The position numbers and the translations under genes were made by a program. 64,000 nt of DNA from Spirochaetia bacterium (GTDB lineage: Bacteria; Spirochaetota; Spirochaetia; SZUA-6; Bin103), in the NCBI GenBank assembly GCA_965203905.1, contig CBDBDQ010000005.1, positions 1,632,001 to 1,696,000 of the forward strand, given 5' to 3'. Position 1 is the stretch's first letter. Every line of letters starts with the position of its first letter. The notes beneath the pieces are model-generated. The model was not told where the DNA came from. It saw only the letters and a program-made list of their open reading frames with translations, and did no database searches. Of the stretch, positions 50,837 to 61,032 are shown in pieces.

Positions 50837-51346
50837 CTACTCGCCCCAGGAATCGAAGGGATTGTGCGCCGTGTCCAGCGGCAGGCTGACGCGCGCGCCG
50901 GCCATGTGCGAGGCGTGCGCGGCCAGCGCCCACTCCACGTGGCGCCGGGCTACCCTCCCCTCCAGCAACTCGTACTCGGGCTCGCGTTCCTCGATGCGGT
51001 CGATCAGCGCCCGGGCCATGCGGTCGACCTCGGCCGGGGTGGCGGCGATCGGCTTCTCCAGGTAGACGTGGGTCGCGAACTCGCCGGCGGTGGTGACCAG
51101 CTCGCAATGGTCGCCGATCTCACGCGAGGCGAACACGGTGATGTCGGGCCGTTCCCGCTCCAGCATCTCCCGGTAGTCGGCGTAGCCCACCGCGGCGCCG
51201 GTCCTGGCCTGCACGGCGCCGCGTCCGGCGGCGTCCGGATCGGCCACGGCGACGATCCGTGCGCCGTCCACGCCGACGAACGCCATGTCCAGGAAGTGAC
51301 CGTAGTTGCCGCGACCGGTGTGACCGACGATTGCGACTCGCTGCAT
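50837..51346 (-). pseudogene. Gfo/Idh/MocA oxidoreductase with large in-frame internal deletion
   Basis: Rossmann N-domain up to EKPIA...VDRM joined directly to the C-terminal EGRVARRHVEW...SH..GARVSLPL; 169 aa. Confidence 0.7.
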
Positions 51347-51365
51347 GCTGATCCCGCCTCCTGCG

Positions 51366-52373
51366 TTACAGCGTCACCACGCTGCCACTCGCGGCCGACT
51401 CGTACACCGCGTCGATCACCCTCATCTGATCGACGCTGTTCTGCGCTGGGATGCGCGGTTCGGCGCTGCCGTCGAGGACCTCGCACAGGTGCTCCAACTG
51501 CAGTTGGAACTGATGCACCGGTTCGAAGTGGAACCGTTCGCTGTGCCCGGCGGTCGCGCACTCCAGCCATACCGGCCGGTTCTCGTTGTTCCAGGCGCGG
51601 TCGCTCCTCAGGCTTCCGCTGGTGCCCAGAATCTCGATCTCCTGGCTGTAGCAGGTGTCGAACGCCACGCTCACCTGCGCCACTCGTCCGCCGGGGAACA
51701 GCAGCTGGATGTGCGTGGCGTCGTCCACCTCGATGCCGCTCCGGGCGCTGGCGAACACGCTGACCGGCTCCGCGCCGAAAATCCAGCGCGCGTGGTGGAC
51801 GTTGTAGCAACCCAGATCGTAGACGCTGCCGCCGCCGCGCCCGCGGTTGTACCTCCAGTTCGACTCCGGCGTACGCGCGACCCGTGCGCGTCCGGTACAG
51901 AAGGTGCTGCGCACGACCCGCGGCTCGCCGATGCGGCCGGCGTCGATCAGCGCCCGCGCCTTGAGGTGCAGGGGGTGGTGGCGGAACTTGAACGCCTCGA
52001 CGATCAGTACGCCGCCGGCGCGCGCCGCGGCGACCAGGCGCTCCGCTTCGCGCGCGGTCTGGGTGAACGGTTTCTCGCACAGGATGGCGCGCACCTTCCC
52101 GGAGCGGGCCAGCCGCTCGCCGACCGCGGCGTGGTGCGCTCCCCAGGTACAGATGACGGCGATGTCGATACTCTCGCGCGCCAGCATCCGGTCCAGGTCG
52201 AGGTAGGTGGCGGGGACTTCAGGAGAGCGTTCCCGGTAGCGGTCGAGCGCGGCCTGGGATACGTCGCACACGGCCACCAGGTCGGCCCGCCCGGTGAGTG
52301 CACAGGCCCTGGTGTGGGTTCCCGCGATGCCGCCGGCTCCCACCAGCGCCACGCGATAGATCGAGTTGGACAT
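51366..52373 (-). CDS. Gfo/Idh/MocA family oxidoreductase
   Basis: VGAGGIA, LCEKPF, GGGSVYDLGCY, DAVYESA. Confidence 0.93.
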   Translation of the reverse strand: MSNSIYRVALVGAGGIAGTHTRACALTGRADLVAVCDVSQAALDRYRERSPEVPATYLDLDRMLARESIDIAVICTWGAHHAAVGERLARSGKVRAILCEKPFTQTAREAERLVAAARAGGVLIVEAFKFRHHPLHLKARALIDAGRIGEPRVVRSTFCTGRARVARTPESNWRYNRGRGGGSVYDLGCYNVHHARWIFGAEPVSVFASARSGIEVDDATHIQLLFPGGRVAQVSVAFDTCYSQEIEILGTSGSLRSDRAWNNENRPVWLECATAGHSERFHFEPVHQFQLQLEHLCEVLDGSAEPRIPAQNSVDQMRVIDAVYESAASGSVVTL

Positions 52374-52547
52374 CGCTCGCCGAATCTTCTGGGTAGCATA
52401 AGTGGCGCGGGCAGCGCCGGCAAGCGCCCGGACGGTCCGGGACGGTCCAGTGGATGGACTGCGCTCCCTTGCTGCGAGCGGCCTTATCGTGCAAACTACA
52501 CAACTCGTACGGATTGCTGACCGTGATCGCGAACGAGGGGCCGCGGG

Positions 52548-53525
52548 ATGACTGGCAACAGCAGTACACTATCCACGTTGCAAAGAAACCGGTCGGCATA
52601 CCGTGGATTCCTCAGCCGCCGCACAAGCGTTTTGACGGCAGCCGTGTGCGTCGTCATTGTGGTCGCGTTCACGGTGGGCGGATCCCCCGCGCCGGGGGCA
52701 GTCGGCATCCCGCCGTTGCTGCGATTGGCGTACTACGCGCTGTGCGCCGGCATCGGTAGTGCGGTCTGCTACTCCTCGATTGTCGCAGCGCTGTACCTGA
52801 CTCGCAATCGAACACCGTTCCACAACACGGTTGCCATTGCCGGAGCGATGCTGGTCGCGGCCGTGCCCTGCACGGCGATTGCGCACGGCGCGCAGTTTCA
52901 CATGTTTTCCGTTCGCACCGATCTTGCCGAGCTGTACTTCACCGTCGTAGCTCATGGATTGCCGATCGCCTTGCTCGTCTACTACGTTGCGTACCAGCTG
53001 GCGTCACCCTCTGCTCCCGCCACTGCTACGCCTCCCGAGGAGGCCCCTCATCGGGATACCGGCCGCGAGCAGGCTGGCGCGGACGCCCACATCGATCAGC
53101 CACCGCGCGGCGCTGCACACTCCGATCAGCAAGCACGCTTTTTCAGGCGGCTAGCGCAGAGGCCGGACGGCGATGTCGTCTATCTGAAGACGCGCGGGCA
53201 CTATCTCGATATCTACACCACTACCGGCTCATGCTCGGCTCTGATGCGCTTCGCGGACGCCATCGACGATCTCGACGCCATCGGGCTGCGAGTACATCGC
53301 GGTTACTGGGTAGCTCACTCCCACGTGACAGGCCTGGCGAGACACGGCCAAAGGCGGTATCTGCAACTTACCGACGGCTCGGAGATACCGATCAGTCGCA
53401 CCTACCTGTCGGCAGTTCAGGCTGCGTTTCCGAACCTGTTTGGTCGAAACAGAGGCTCTCGCGCACAAGACTCGCCTGCAGTCGACCGTCCTGCGGCCCC
53501 GGCACCGGCATCACGCACTGAGTGA
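52548..53525 (+). CDS. Membrane-anchored LytTR-domain regulator
   Basis: About 4 N-terminal TM helices; C-terminal YLKTRGHY, LRVHRGYWV, IPISRTY. Confidence 0.85.
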   Translation: MTGNSSTLSTLQRNRSAYRGFLSRRTSVLTAAVCVVIVVAFTVGGSPAPGAVGIPPLLRLAYYALCAGIGSAVCYSSIVAALYLTRNRTPFHNTVAIAGAMLVAAVPCTAIAHGAQFHMFSVRTDLAELYFTVVAHGLPIALLVYYVAYQLASPSAPATATPPEEAPHRDTGREQAGADAHIDQPPRGAAHSDQQARFFRRLAQRPDGDVVYLKTRGHYLDIYTTTGSCSALMRFADAIDDLDAIGLRVHRGYWVAHSHVTGLARHGQRRYLQLTDGSEIPISRTYLSAVQAAFPNLFGRNRGSRAQDSPAVDRPAAPAPASRTE

Positions 53526-53699
53526 GCATTCGGAACCGGCGCCGATTTCACGGAGCAAGTCGAGCGCGCGGGAGTCAGCGCCCGGCCGGCGCGCTACAAT
53601 CGTAGGAGTTGGCGCCGTGCCCGCGTCCGAACGCGCTCGCGGCGAGCGATTGAACCACCGGTGGCCACGTGCCATCCTGGAGCCCGAGGTCACGCCATC

Positions 53700-54908
53700 A
53701 TGAACCAGCCCTGCACGGTCCGCGCCGCGCGTTGCGACCATCGCGCCTCCGCCGAGGAGATCTATCGCACCCTGGAGCGGATCACCGCCCCGCTGACGCG
53801 AAGTTGGGAGCGCCTGGAGCGCGCCCGCCGCATCGTGCTCAAGTTCAACATGACGCAGCCGGACACCGCCTGCTTCGCCGGCCGGCGCCAGGAGCTGGTC
53901 GACGAGGACGTGATACGGGCGGTGTTGCGGCTGCTGCGCGCGCGCACCGGCGCCACCCTGGTCGCCACCGACACCTGCCTGCACACGCCCGACAAGACGG
54001 TCCCGGCCGACTACGAGTCGGCGCCGGTGCTGCGCGAGTTCGGCGTGGAGCTGGTGGACGCCGGGGCGCCGCCGCTGCGCCTCTACGAGGTGCCCGGCGG
54101 TGGCAACATGTTCGACCGCTACCTGCTCACCTCCTGCATCGGCGAGGCGGACGAGTTCGTGTCGGTGGCCAAGATGAAGAATCACCTGTTCATGGGCGTC
54201 ACTCTGTGCATGAAGAACCTGTTCGGACTGCCGCCGCCGAACCGTCCCGAGGGGCGCATCCGGCATTACTTCCATCATGCCATCCGGCTCTCCTACGTGC
54301 TGCCCGACCTGGCGCTGATCACCGATCCCTGCCTCAACATCATCGACGGACTGACCGGCCAGCAGGGTGCCGAGTGGGGCGGGCGCCCGGTGCTGCCCAA
54401 CGCCCTGATCGCGGGCGACCAGACCACCGCCACCGACGCCTGCGCCACCCACTTGATGGGCCACGATCCCGCCGCCGACTGGCCGACGCCGCCGTTCCGC
54501 CGCGACCGCAATCACCTGCTGGTGGCCGCCGAACGCGGCTACGGCACCGTCGATCTGCGCCAGATCGACTTCCAGAGCGAGCTGCAGGCGCCGCTGGCGG
54601 CGTTCGACTCCGACCAGCAGGATACGCCCGCGATCGTCGCCAGCATCCGCCGCACGGCGTGTGAGCAGGCGCTGTTCTACCGCGCCGAGCGCGAGCGGCT
54701 GGTGCGGCGCTACGCCGGCGAGCTGGTGGTGCTGCGCGCCGGCGAGGTGGTGTGGCACGGCGCCGACCAGCCGGCGTTCGCCAGCCATGCCGACTTGGGC
54801 GGCGCCGATCCCGGGCAGGCGTCGTTCCTGAAGGTGGCCGATCCCGAGGAGCGCGAGGGCGAGGTGATGGCCGTCTACGAGAACCTGCTGCCGGCGCTGG
54901 CGAGCTGA
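53700..54908 (+). CDS. DUF362-domain protein with C-terminal extension
   Basis: VLKFN, SVAKMKNH, TLCMKNLFG, IIDG, TDACA..LMG. Confidence 0.85.
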   Translation: MNQPCTVRAARCDHRASAEEIYRTLERITAPLTRSWERLERARRIVLKFNMTQPDTACFAGRRQELVDEDVIRAVLRLLRARTGATLVATDTCLHTPDKTVPADYESAPVLREFGVELVDAGAPPLRLYEVPGGGNMFDRYLLTSCIGEADEFVSVAKMKNHLFMGVTLCMKNLFGLPPPNRPEGRIRHYFHHAIRLSYVLPDLALITDPCLNIIDGLTGQQGAEWGGRPVLPNALIAGDQTTATDACATHLMGHDPAADWPTPPFRRDRNHLLVAAERGYGTVDLRQIDFQSELQAPLAAFDSDQQDTPAIVASIRRTACEQALFYRAERERLVRRYAGELVVLRAGEVVWHGADQPAFASHADLGGADPGQASFLKVADPEEREGEVMAVYENLLPALAS

Positions 54909-54950
54909 CCGCAGGCGGTCACGAGGCACTGCCTCGGTGCCACCGCTCGA

Positions 54951-57425
54951 TCACAGCGCCTTGACCGCGGCTTCGATGCGGCTGGTGGCGTCGAGGTAGG
55001 AGGTGCCGGGGGGGAAGCGCAGCGCCGGCCCGAAGCGCACCTCCACCTGGGGGCGCAGCCCGCCGTCCGGCGCGCTGACGAGGTGCACCGGCACCACGGG
55101 CGTGTGCGACTCCACCGCCAGCATCCCGGTGCCGCTCTGGAACGGCAGCATCGGCTGGCCGATGCGCTGCTCCCCCTCGGGGAAGATCACCACGTTCCAG
55201 CCCTCGTCCATCATCCGTCCCATGTGCTCCAGGCTGGCGCGGATCGCGCTCTCCCGCGACAGCGGAAAGGCGTTCGCCACCAGCGCCGCCACGATCCCCG
55301 TCAGCCGCTTCTCGAAGGTGATCTCGGCCGCCGCCGCGAACGACAGGTGGCGCCGCCAGGCGCGCGGCGTGGCCCTGGTCAGCACCATGCTGTCGCCGAG
55401 CACCGCGTTGTGGTTGGCGGCGAACAGCACCGGGCCGTCCAGCCCTTCGAGATGCTCCAGACCCGTGGCGCGGATCCGGTAGCGGGCGCTCAGCAGCGGG
55501 AACACCACGACCTGGTGCAACACCTCGCGCAGCAGCGAGAACCAGAAACTGAGCGGCCAGGTGTAGAACGGCGGCAACGCCGCCTTGGCCTCCTCCTGCG
55601 ACGCCAGCAGCCCCTGGAGCTGCTCCAGGGTGGTGCCCGAGTCGACCAGCGACTCGTCGATGTAGACCCCGAGCTCCTGCTCGATGATCGACAGCATCTC
55701 CACCCGCTTGAGGGAGTCCATGTTGAGGTCGCCGCCGACGGTGTGCTCCGGCAGCACCTGCTCCTGGGCCACCCCGCTCACCTCCGAGACCAAGTGGACC
55801 AGCCGTTCCTTGGGATCCGCGGCCGCCGCCGCCTGCGCGCGCCCGGCGCCGGCAGCCGCCGCTGCCTCCGGCGGGCCGCTCTGCAGGGCGTCCACCAGCA
55901 CGCCCTTCTTGACCTTCAGCGTGTGGGTGCGGGGGAAGTCGGCCTCGGGCCAGATGGTGAAGCCGCGGATCTGCTGGTGCTCGGCCAGCTCGCCGTTGGC
56001 GCGTGCGACGATGGCCGGCGCCTGCTCCGGGTCCTCCAGCAGGAACACCGCGTGCACCTGCGTGTCCTGGCCGCGGCGCAGCCCCACCACGGTGGCGTCG
56101 GTCAGCGCCGGATCGTTCTTCAGCACCCCCTCGATGTCCTCGGGGAACACGTTCTGGCCGTTGGCCAGCACGATCATCTCCTTGATGCGGCCGCGGACGT
56201 GCAGGAAGCCGGCGTCGTCCAGGAACCCCATGTCGCCGGTCTTGTACCAGTCGCCGTCGAACGCCGCCGCGGTCTGCTCCGGCGCGTTCCAGTAGCCCTG
56301 GGTGACGTTGGCGCCGCGCACCTGGATCTCGCCGGCGTCGGTGATGCGCACCTCCACGCCGGGCAGCGGGCGGCCCACCGAGTCGAAGCGGGCGTCGGTC
56401 AGGGCATGACAACTGATCACCGGCGATGCCTCGGTGGCGCCGTAGCCCTGCAGCACGTTGATGCCGAGCAGGTTCCACTTCTCACCCAGCTGCTGGTCCA
56501 GGGCGGCGCCGCCGGAGACCACGATCTCCAGGTGGCCGCCGAAGCGGGAGTGCACCTTGTGGAACACCAGCCGGCGCAACCGCAGTGGCAGGCGCTGCGC
56601 CAGCTTCAGCGACAGCTCCCACAGCCGCTGCTTGCCCTGGTTCGCCACCTCCCGTTCGATGCCCTTCATGAACAGATCCAGCGCCTGCGGCACCAGCAGC
56701 ATCATGGTGATCTTGCGCTCGCGCATCAGCTTGAGCAGCAGCGCCGGCTGGCGGCTGGTGACGTAGGTGATGCTGGCGCCGCAGCCCAGGCCGATGAACA
56801 GCGACCCCATCTGCTCGAACATGTGGCTCAGGGGCAGCAGCGACAGCATCCGGAACGAGGCGCTGCCGGGGATCACCTGCCGCACCGACTCCAGGTTGGC
56901 CAGCAGGTTGCGGTGGGTGAGCAGCACGCCCTTGGCGTCGCCGGTGGTGCCGGAGGTGAACATGATCTCGGCCAGGTCGTCGCCGGTGAGCGACTCGTCG
57001 CGCGGCGGCGCCAGGTCGTAGATGAGCTGCTCCAGGTCCTCGAACAGCAGCCTAGGGACCTCGAGACGGACGTCGTCCTGCGGCGTGACCCGGGAGACGA
57101 TCGCCAGCACCGGTGCGGTCTTGGAGGTGACCTGGCGCACGAAGTCGGGCGTCGAGCGCAGGTCGAGCGGCACCACGACGGCGCCGATGCGCAGGCAGCC
57201 GAAGTAGGCCAGCACCCAGTGCGGGGCATTCGGTCCCCACAGGACGACGCGGTCGCCCTTGCCGATGCCGCGACTCTGCAGCAGCGTCGCTACCCGCTGC
57301 ACGTCCTCGAACAGGGCGCGGTAGCTCCAGGTGCGGAAGCGGAACCCCGGCTTGAACAGCAGCGCCGGCCGTTCGCCGAAACGGTCCGCGGCATCTTCCA
57401 AGAACTGATTAATCGTCTGCAGCAT
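54951..57425 (-). CDS. Fused acyl-AMP ligase + acyl carrier protein + PlsC-type acyltransferase
   Basis: FTSGTTGDAKG, GYGATE, TGD, RGRIK; ACP motif DLNMDSL; acyltransferase ANHNAVLGD and IFPEG. Confidence 0.9.
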   Translation of the reverse strand: MLQTINQFLEDAADRFGERPALLFKPGFRFRTWSYRALFEDVQRVATLLQSRGIGKGDRVVLWGPNAPHWVLAYFGCLRIGAVVVPLDLRSTPDFVRQVTSKTAPVLAIVSRVTPQDDVRLEVPRLLFEDLEQLIYDLAPPRDESLTGDDLAEIMFTSGTTGDAKGVLLTHRNLLANLESVRQVIPGSASFRMLSLLPLSHMFEQMGSLFIGLGCGASITYVTSRQPALLLKLMRERKITMMLLVPQALDLFMKGIEREVANQGKQRLWELSLKLAQRLPLRLRRLVFHKVHSRFGGHLEIVVSGGAALDQQLGEKWNLLGINVLQGYGATEASPVISCHALTDARFDSVGRPLPGVEVRITDAGEIQVRGANVTQGYWNAPEQTAAAFDGDWYKTGDMGFLDDAGFLHVRGRIKEMIVLANGQNVFPEDIEGVLKNDPALTDATVVGLRRGQDTQVHAVFLLEDPEQAPAIVARANGELAEHQQIRGFTIWPEADFPRTHTLKVKKGVLVDALQSGPPEAAAAAGAGRAQAAAAADPKERLVHLVSEVSGVAQEQVLPEHTVGGDLNMDSLKRVEMLSIIEQELGVYIDESLVDSGTTLEQLQGLLASQEEAKAALPPFYTWPLSFWFSLLREVLHQVVVFPLLSARYRIRATGLEHLEGLDGPVLFAANHNAVLGDSMVLTRATPRAWRRHLSFAAAAEITFEKRLTGIVAALVANAFPLSRESAIRASLEHMGRMMDEGWNVVIFPEGEQRIGQPMLPFQSGTGMLAVESHTPVVPVHLVSAPDGGLRPQVEVRFGPALRFPPGTSYLDATSRIEAAVKAL

Positions 57426-57771
57426 CGGTCATCAAGGCCACCACCGACGCCACGGCGTAGCCGTCGGCGTGGGTGATGCTCAGATCGCAACTCACGATGT
57501 GAACGCTATCATACCCCGAATCGAACCGAATCCAAGGCCGGCCGGCCGCGGTATGCCGGATCTCCAGCAGCAGCCAGTTGCCCGCCGGCAGATCCAGCGC
57601 CTTGTATGCCGCCTCCTTGGCGGCGAAGATCGCGGCCAGCCGTTCCGTGGAGGCGCCCTCCGCCTCCGGCGGATGGAACAGCCGGCGGCGGAACGCCTCG
57701 CCGCCGCGTTGCAGCGAGCCGGCGAACTGCTCTATCGCCACCAGGTCGATGCCGGTCCTGACCCGGAGCAT
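57409..57771 (-). CDS. acpS: Holo-ACP synthase (4'-phosphopantetheinyl transferase)
   Basis: GIDLV, FAAKEAAYKAL, GRP, LSITH..YAVA. Confidence 0.9.
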   Translation of the reverse strand: MLRVRTGIDLVAIEQFAGSLQRGGEAFRRRLFHPPEAEGASTERLAAIFAAKEAAYKALDLPAGNWLLLEIRHTAAGRPWIRFDSGYDSVHIVSCDLSITHADGYAVASVVALMTDAADD

Positions 57772-57850
57772 GGGCCATGTTACCCCGGTCGCCGCCCCGC
57801 CGGCCAGCCACCGCGGGCCGGTCGGGCCTTGTACCGCCTGCCTGGCGGCG

Positions 57851-58894
57851 CTACGCCGGAGCCGGCTCGGGTCGAAGTTGACCGGCGCGCCGCAGCCCTT
57901 CACGGAAGCTGACCATCTGGCCCGTGGTCTCGTCGTACAGCCTCATGGACAGACAGCGTACGGTGTCGCGCAGCCGCAGGACCGGAACCTGGTGCAGCAG
58001 CGGCTGCTCCCGGTGGGCACGTTCCAGGTGATAGTTGGGGATGCGCGGATCCAGGTGATGGATGTGGTGAAAGCCGATGTTGCCGGTGAACCACTGCAGC
58101 ACCCGCGGCAGCGCCAGGTAGGAGGACCCGCTCAACGCCGCGGCGGTGAAGTCCCAGCCCTCATGGCGGCGCCAGTACACGCCCTCGAATTGATGCTGGA
58201 CGTAGAACAGCCAGGTTCCGACCGTGGACGCGACCAGAAACACCGGCGTGAACACCAGGGCGAAGTTGACGAACCCGAACGGCTGCGACATGGCCACCAC
58301 GAACAGCGCCACGCCGATGTTGGTCCACACGATCGCCCACCTGGCGCGGTTGCTGGTGCGCTTGCGCGGAATGCGGTGGTTGAACAGGAAGCCGATCGGA
58401 GCCACCAGGAAGAACAGCACGAAGGGGTTGCGGAACACCCGGTACGCCAGCCGCAGGCGCCGCGGCGCGGCCACGAATTCCTGCACCGTCATGGTCCACA
58501 CGTCGCCCAGGTCGCGCCGGTCCAGGTCGCCGGCGGTGGCATGGTGCATGGCATGCTCGTGGGTCCAGTGCTGGAACGGCGTGAAGGTGAGGATGCCCGC
58601 CAGGTAGCCGAGCACCCGGTTCCAGCGGCTGCGGCGAAAGAACGAACCGTGCCCGGCGTCGTGAAAGATGATGAACACGCGGATCAGGAATCCGGCCGTC
58701 GGCAGCGCGAGGATCAGGCTGAGCAGGTAGGAGACCTGGGCGATGGCACCCATGGCGAACAGGCCCACGAGATAGGGGATGAAGGAGGTGACGATCTGGC
58801 CGACGCTCCTGGGCACCGATGGCGCCCGATACCGACGCAGCTCCCGCTGCAGCGCGCGTGACTCCCCCCGCGCCGTACTCAATCTGTCGTTCAC
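57851..58894 (-). CDS. Membrane fatty acid desaturase (Des-like)
   Basis: His boxes HDAGH, HAMHH, HHIHH; WLFYVQHQFE; RIPNYHL. Start GTG 58894 inferred. Confidence 0.92.
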   Translation of the reverse strand: MNDRLSTARGESRALQRELRRYRAPSVPRSVGQIVTSFIPYLVGLFAMGAIAQVSYLLSLILALPTAGFLIRVFIIFHDAGHGSFFRRSRWNRVLGYLAGILTFTPFQHWTHEHAMHHATAGDLDRRDLGDVWTMTVQEFVAAPRRLRLAYRVFRNPFVLFFLVAPIGFLFNHRIPRKRTSNRARWAIVWTNIGVALFVVAMSQPFGFVNFALVFTPVFLVASTVGTWLFYVQHQFEGVYWRRHEGWDFTAAALSGSSYLALPRVLQWFTGNIGFHHIHHLDPRIPNYHLERAHREQPLLHQVPVLRLRDTVRCLSMRLYDETTGQMVSFREGLRRAGQLRPEPAPA

Positions 58895-59155
58895 TTGCCT
58901 CTCGCCCTCCCGGACTCGGTGCTTTGCCACTTTACGCCGATGCCTGGAGGGCTTTCCGTCGGTCTGCGCCCGGACGTTCAGCGAATAGGTCGTGTCGACC
59001 ACAAACATAACGCATCCCTCGCTCCGGTTCCAGCCGCCGCCCGTACACCGCCCGGAACCGCCCGTGGCCACTGATTGACGACGGCGGCCCGGATGCCGTA
59101 AATTCGGCGCTTCGCGCATGAGCCCGCCGCCGTCGCTCCGTTTCTGCCCGACACC

Positions 59156-60199
59156 ATGACTGCGCCTCCCGAGTCAGAACCCCGCGGGCCGGCCTCCGGG
59201 GACGGCCCACCCCTGATCGAAGTTGCCGGCCTGACCAAGCGCTTCCGCGTTGCCGCCGGAGATTCGGCTTCCGGCCGCGGCCGCGCGCTGGGCGGGCTGC
59301 TGGCCCGGCGCAAGCTGGTGACCGCCCTCGACGCAGTGTCGTTCCGCATCGGCGCCGGCGAGCTGGTGGGCTACATCGGCCCCAACGGCGCCGGCAAGAG
59401 CACCACCGTCAAGATCCTGTCCGGCATCCTGGTGCCCGACGCCGGCCGCTGCCTGGTGGCCGGGCGCGTGCCGTGGCGCCAGCGGGTGGAGCACGTGGCC
59501 GAGATCGGGGTGGTGTTCGGCCAGCGCAGCCAGCTCTGGTGGGACCTGCCGGTGTTCGAGTCGTTCGACCTGCTGCGCGACATCTACCGGCTGCAGCCCG
59601 CCGCCTACCGCACGACGCGCGACGAGCTGGTGGAGCTGCTGGACATCGCCCCGCTGCTGGCGGTGCCGGTGCGCCAGCTCAGCCTGGGGCAGCGCATGCG
59701 CTGCGAGCTGGCCGCCGCGCTGCTGCACCGCCCGCGGCTGCTGTTCCTGGACGAACCCACCATCGGCCTGGACGCGGTGGCCAAGCTGGCGGTGCGCGAC
59801 ATCATCCGTCGGCTGCACCGCCGCGGCGTCACCACCATCCTCACCACCCACGACCTGGACGACGTGGAGGCGCTGTGCCCGCGGGTGCTGGTGATCGGTG
59901 CCGGCTCGATCCTGTTCGACGGCTCGGTGGCCGAGCTGCGCGCCGGCGTCGACCGCGAGCGCATCCTCACCGTGGACCTGGAGCACGAGGTGCGCGACTT
60001 CGCCAGCTCCGCGGCCACGGTGGTGTCCGCCGCGGGGCGGCGGGTGGTGCTGCGCTACGACCCGGCGCGCATTCCCACGCCGCGCCTGGTCGAGGAGGTG
60101 GCGCGCGACAACGACGTGCGCGACCTGTACATCGAGCCGCAGCCGATCGACGAGCTGGTGGCGCGCCTGTACCGCGACCTGAAGCTGGAGGAGCGGTGA
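59156..60199 (+). CDS. ABC transporter ATP-binding protein
   Basis: GPNGAGKST, LSLGQRMR, FLDEPTIGLD, TTH. Confidence 0.95.
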   Translation: MTAPPESEPRGPASGDGPPLIEVAGLTKRFRVAAGDSASGRGRALGGLLARRKLVTALDAVSFRIGAGELVGYIGPNGAGKSTTVKILSGILVPDAGRCLVAGRVPWRQRVEHVAEIGVVFGQRSQLWWDLPVFESFDLLRDIYRLQPAAYRTTRDELVELLDIAPLLAVPVRQLSLGQRMRCELAAALLHRPRLLFLDEPTIGLDAVAKLAVRDIIRRLHRRGVTTILTTHDLDDVEALCPRVLVIGAGSILFDGSVAELRAGVDRERILTVDLEHEVRDFASSAATVVSAAGRRVVLRYDPARIPTPRLVEEVARDNDVRDLYIEPQPIDELVARLYRDLKLEER

Positions 60200-61032
60200 C
60201 CCTCGCGGCGCGCCTGGCGCCCTACCGCGGCGTGCTGCGGGCGCGCTGGCGCGAGACCCTGCAGTACCGGGTAGCGGCGGTCGCCGGTTTCGGCACCCAG
60301 CTCTACTGGGGCCTGATCCGGCTCATGGTGCTGGCCGCGTTCTACGAGTCGGGACCCGCGGACGCCACCGACTTCAGCTTCGCCCACGTGGTCGCGTACG
60401 CGTGGCTGGGCCAGGCACTGCTGGGGCTGTTCCCGTTCCGTCTCGACCACGAACTGGCGGACAGCGTGCGCACCGGTACCGTGGCCGGCGAGCTGCTGCG
60501 GCCCATCGACCTGTACTCCTACTGGTTCTGGCGCATGGTGGCGTGGCGGCTGGCGATGACGGCTCCGCGCTGCCTGCTGATGCTGGTGGTGGCGGTGGGG
60601 ATTCTGCCGCTGGTGGGGCTGGGGGAGTGGGCGCTGGGCGCCCCGGCCGGGGTGGAGGCGGCCGGTCTCTACCTGCTGGCAACCGCGCTGGCCTTGCTGT
60701 TAGGGGTGGCCGTGACCGCGGTGATGGTGAGCCTGATGTTCTGGACCGTCTCCTCCGAGGGCGCGCGCTACATCCTGCCGTCGATCATCTGGTTGGGCGG
60801 CGGCATGGTGGTGCCGCTGCCGCTGCTGCCGGACGGCCTGGCGGCGGTGCTCGGCTACCTGCCGTTCGCCGGCCTGATGGACATCCCGTTCCGCATCTAC
60901 GTGGGCCACCTCGCGGGCACGGAGGCGCTGCTGCGCCTGGGCCTGCAACTGGGCTGGCTGGTGGCGCTGGTGCTGCTGGGCCGGCTGCTGCTGGCGCGCG
61001 GCCTGCGCCGGGTGGTGATCCTTGGCGGCTGA
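60196..61032 (+). CDS. ABC-2 family permease
   Basis: GTGA overlap; LQYR, G..AGELLRPID, VILGG C-terminus. Confidence 0.88.
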   Translation: MTLAARLAPYRGVLRARWRETLQYRVAAVAGFGTQLYWGLIRLMVLAAFYESGPADATDFSFAHVVAYAWLGQALLGLFPFRLDHELADSVRTGTVAGELLRPIDLYSYWFWRMVAWRLAMTAPRCLLMLVVAVGILPLVGLGEWALGAPAGVEAAGLYLLATALALLLGVAVTAVMVSLMFWTVSSEGARYILPSIIWLGGGMVVPLPLLPDGLAAVLGYLPFAGLMDIPFRIYVGHLAGTEALLRLGLQLGWLVALVLLGRLLLARGLRRVVILGG

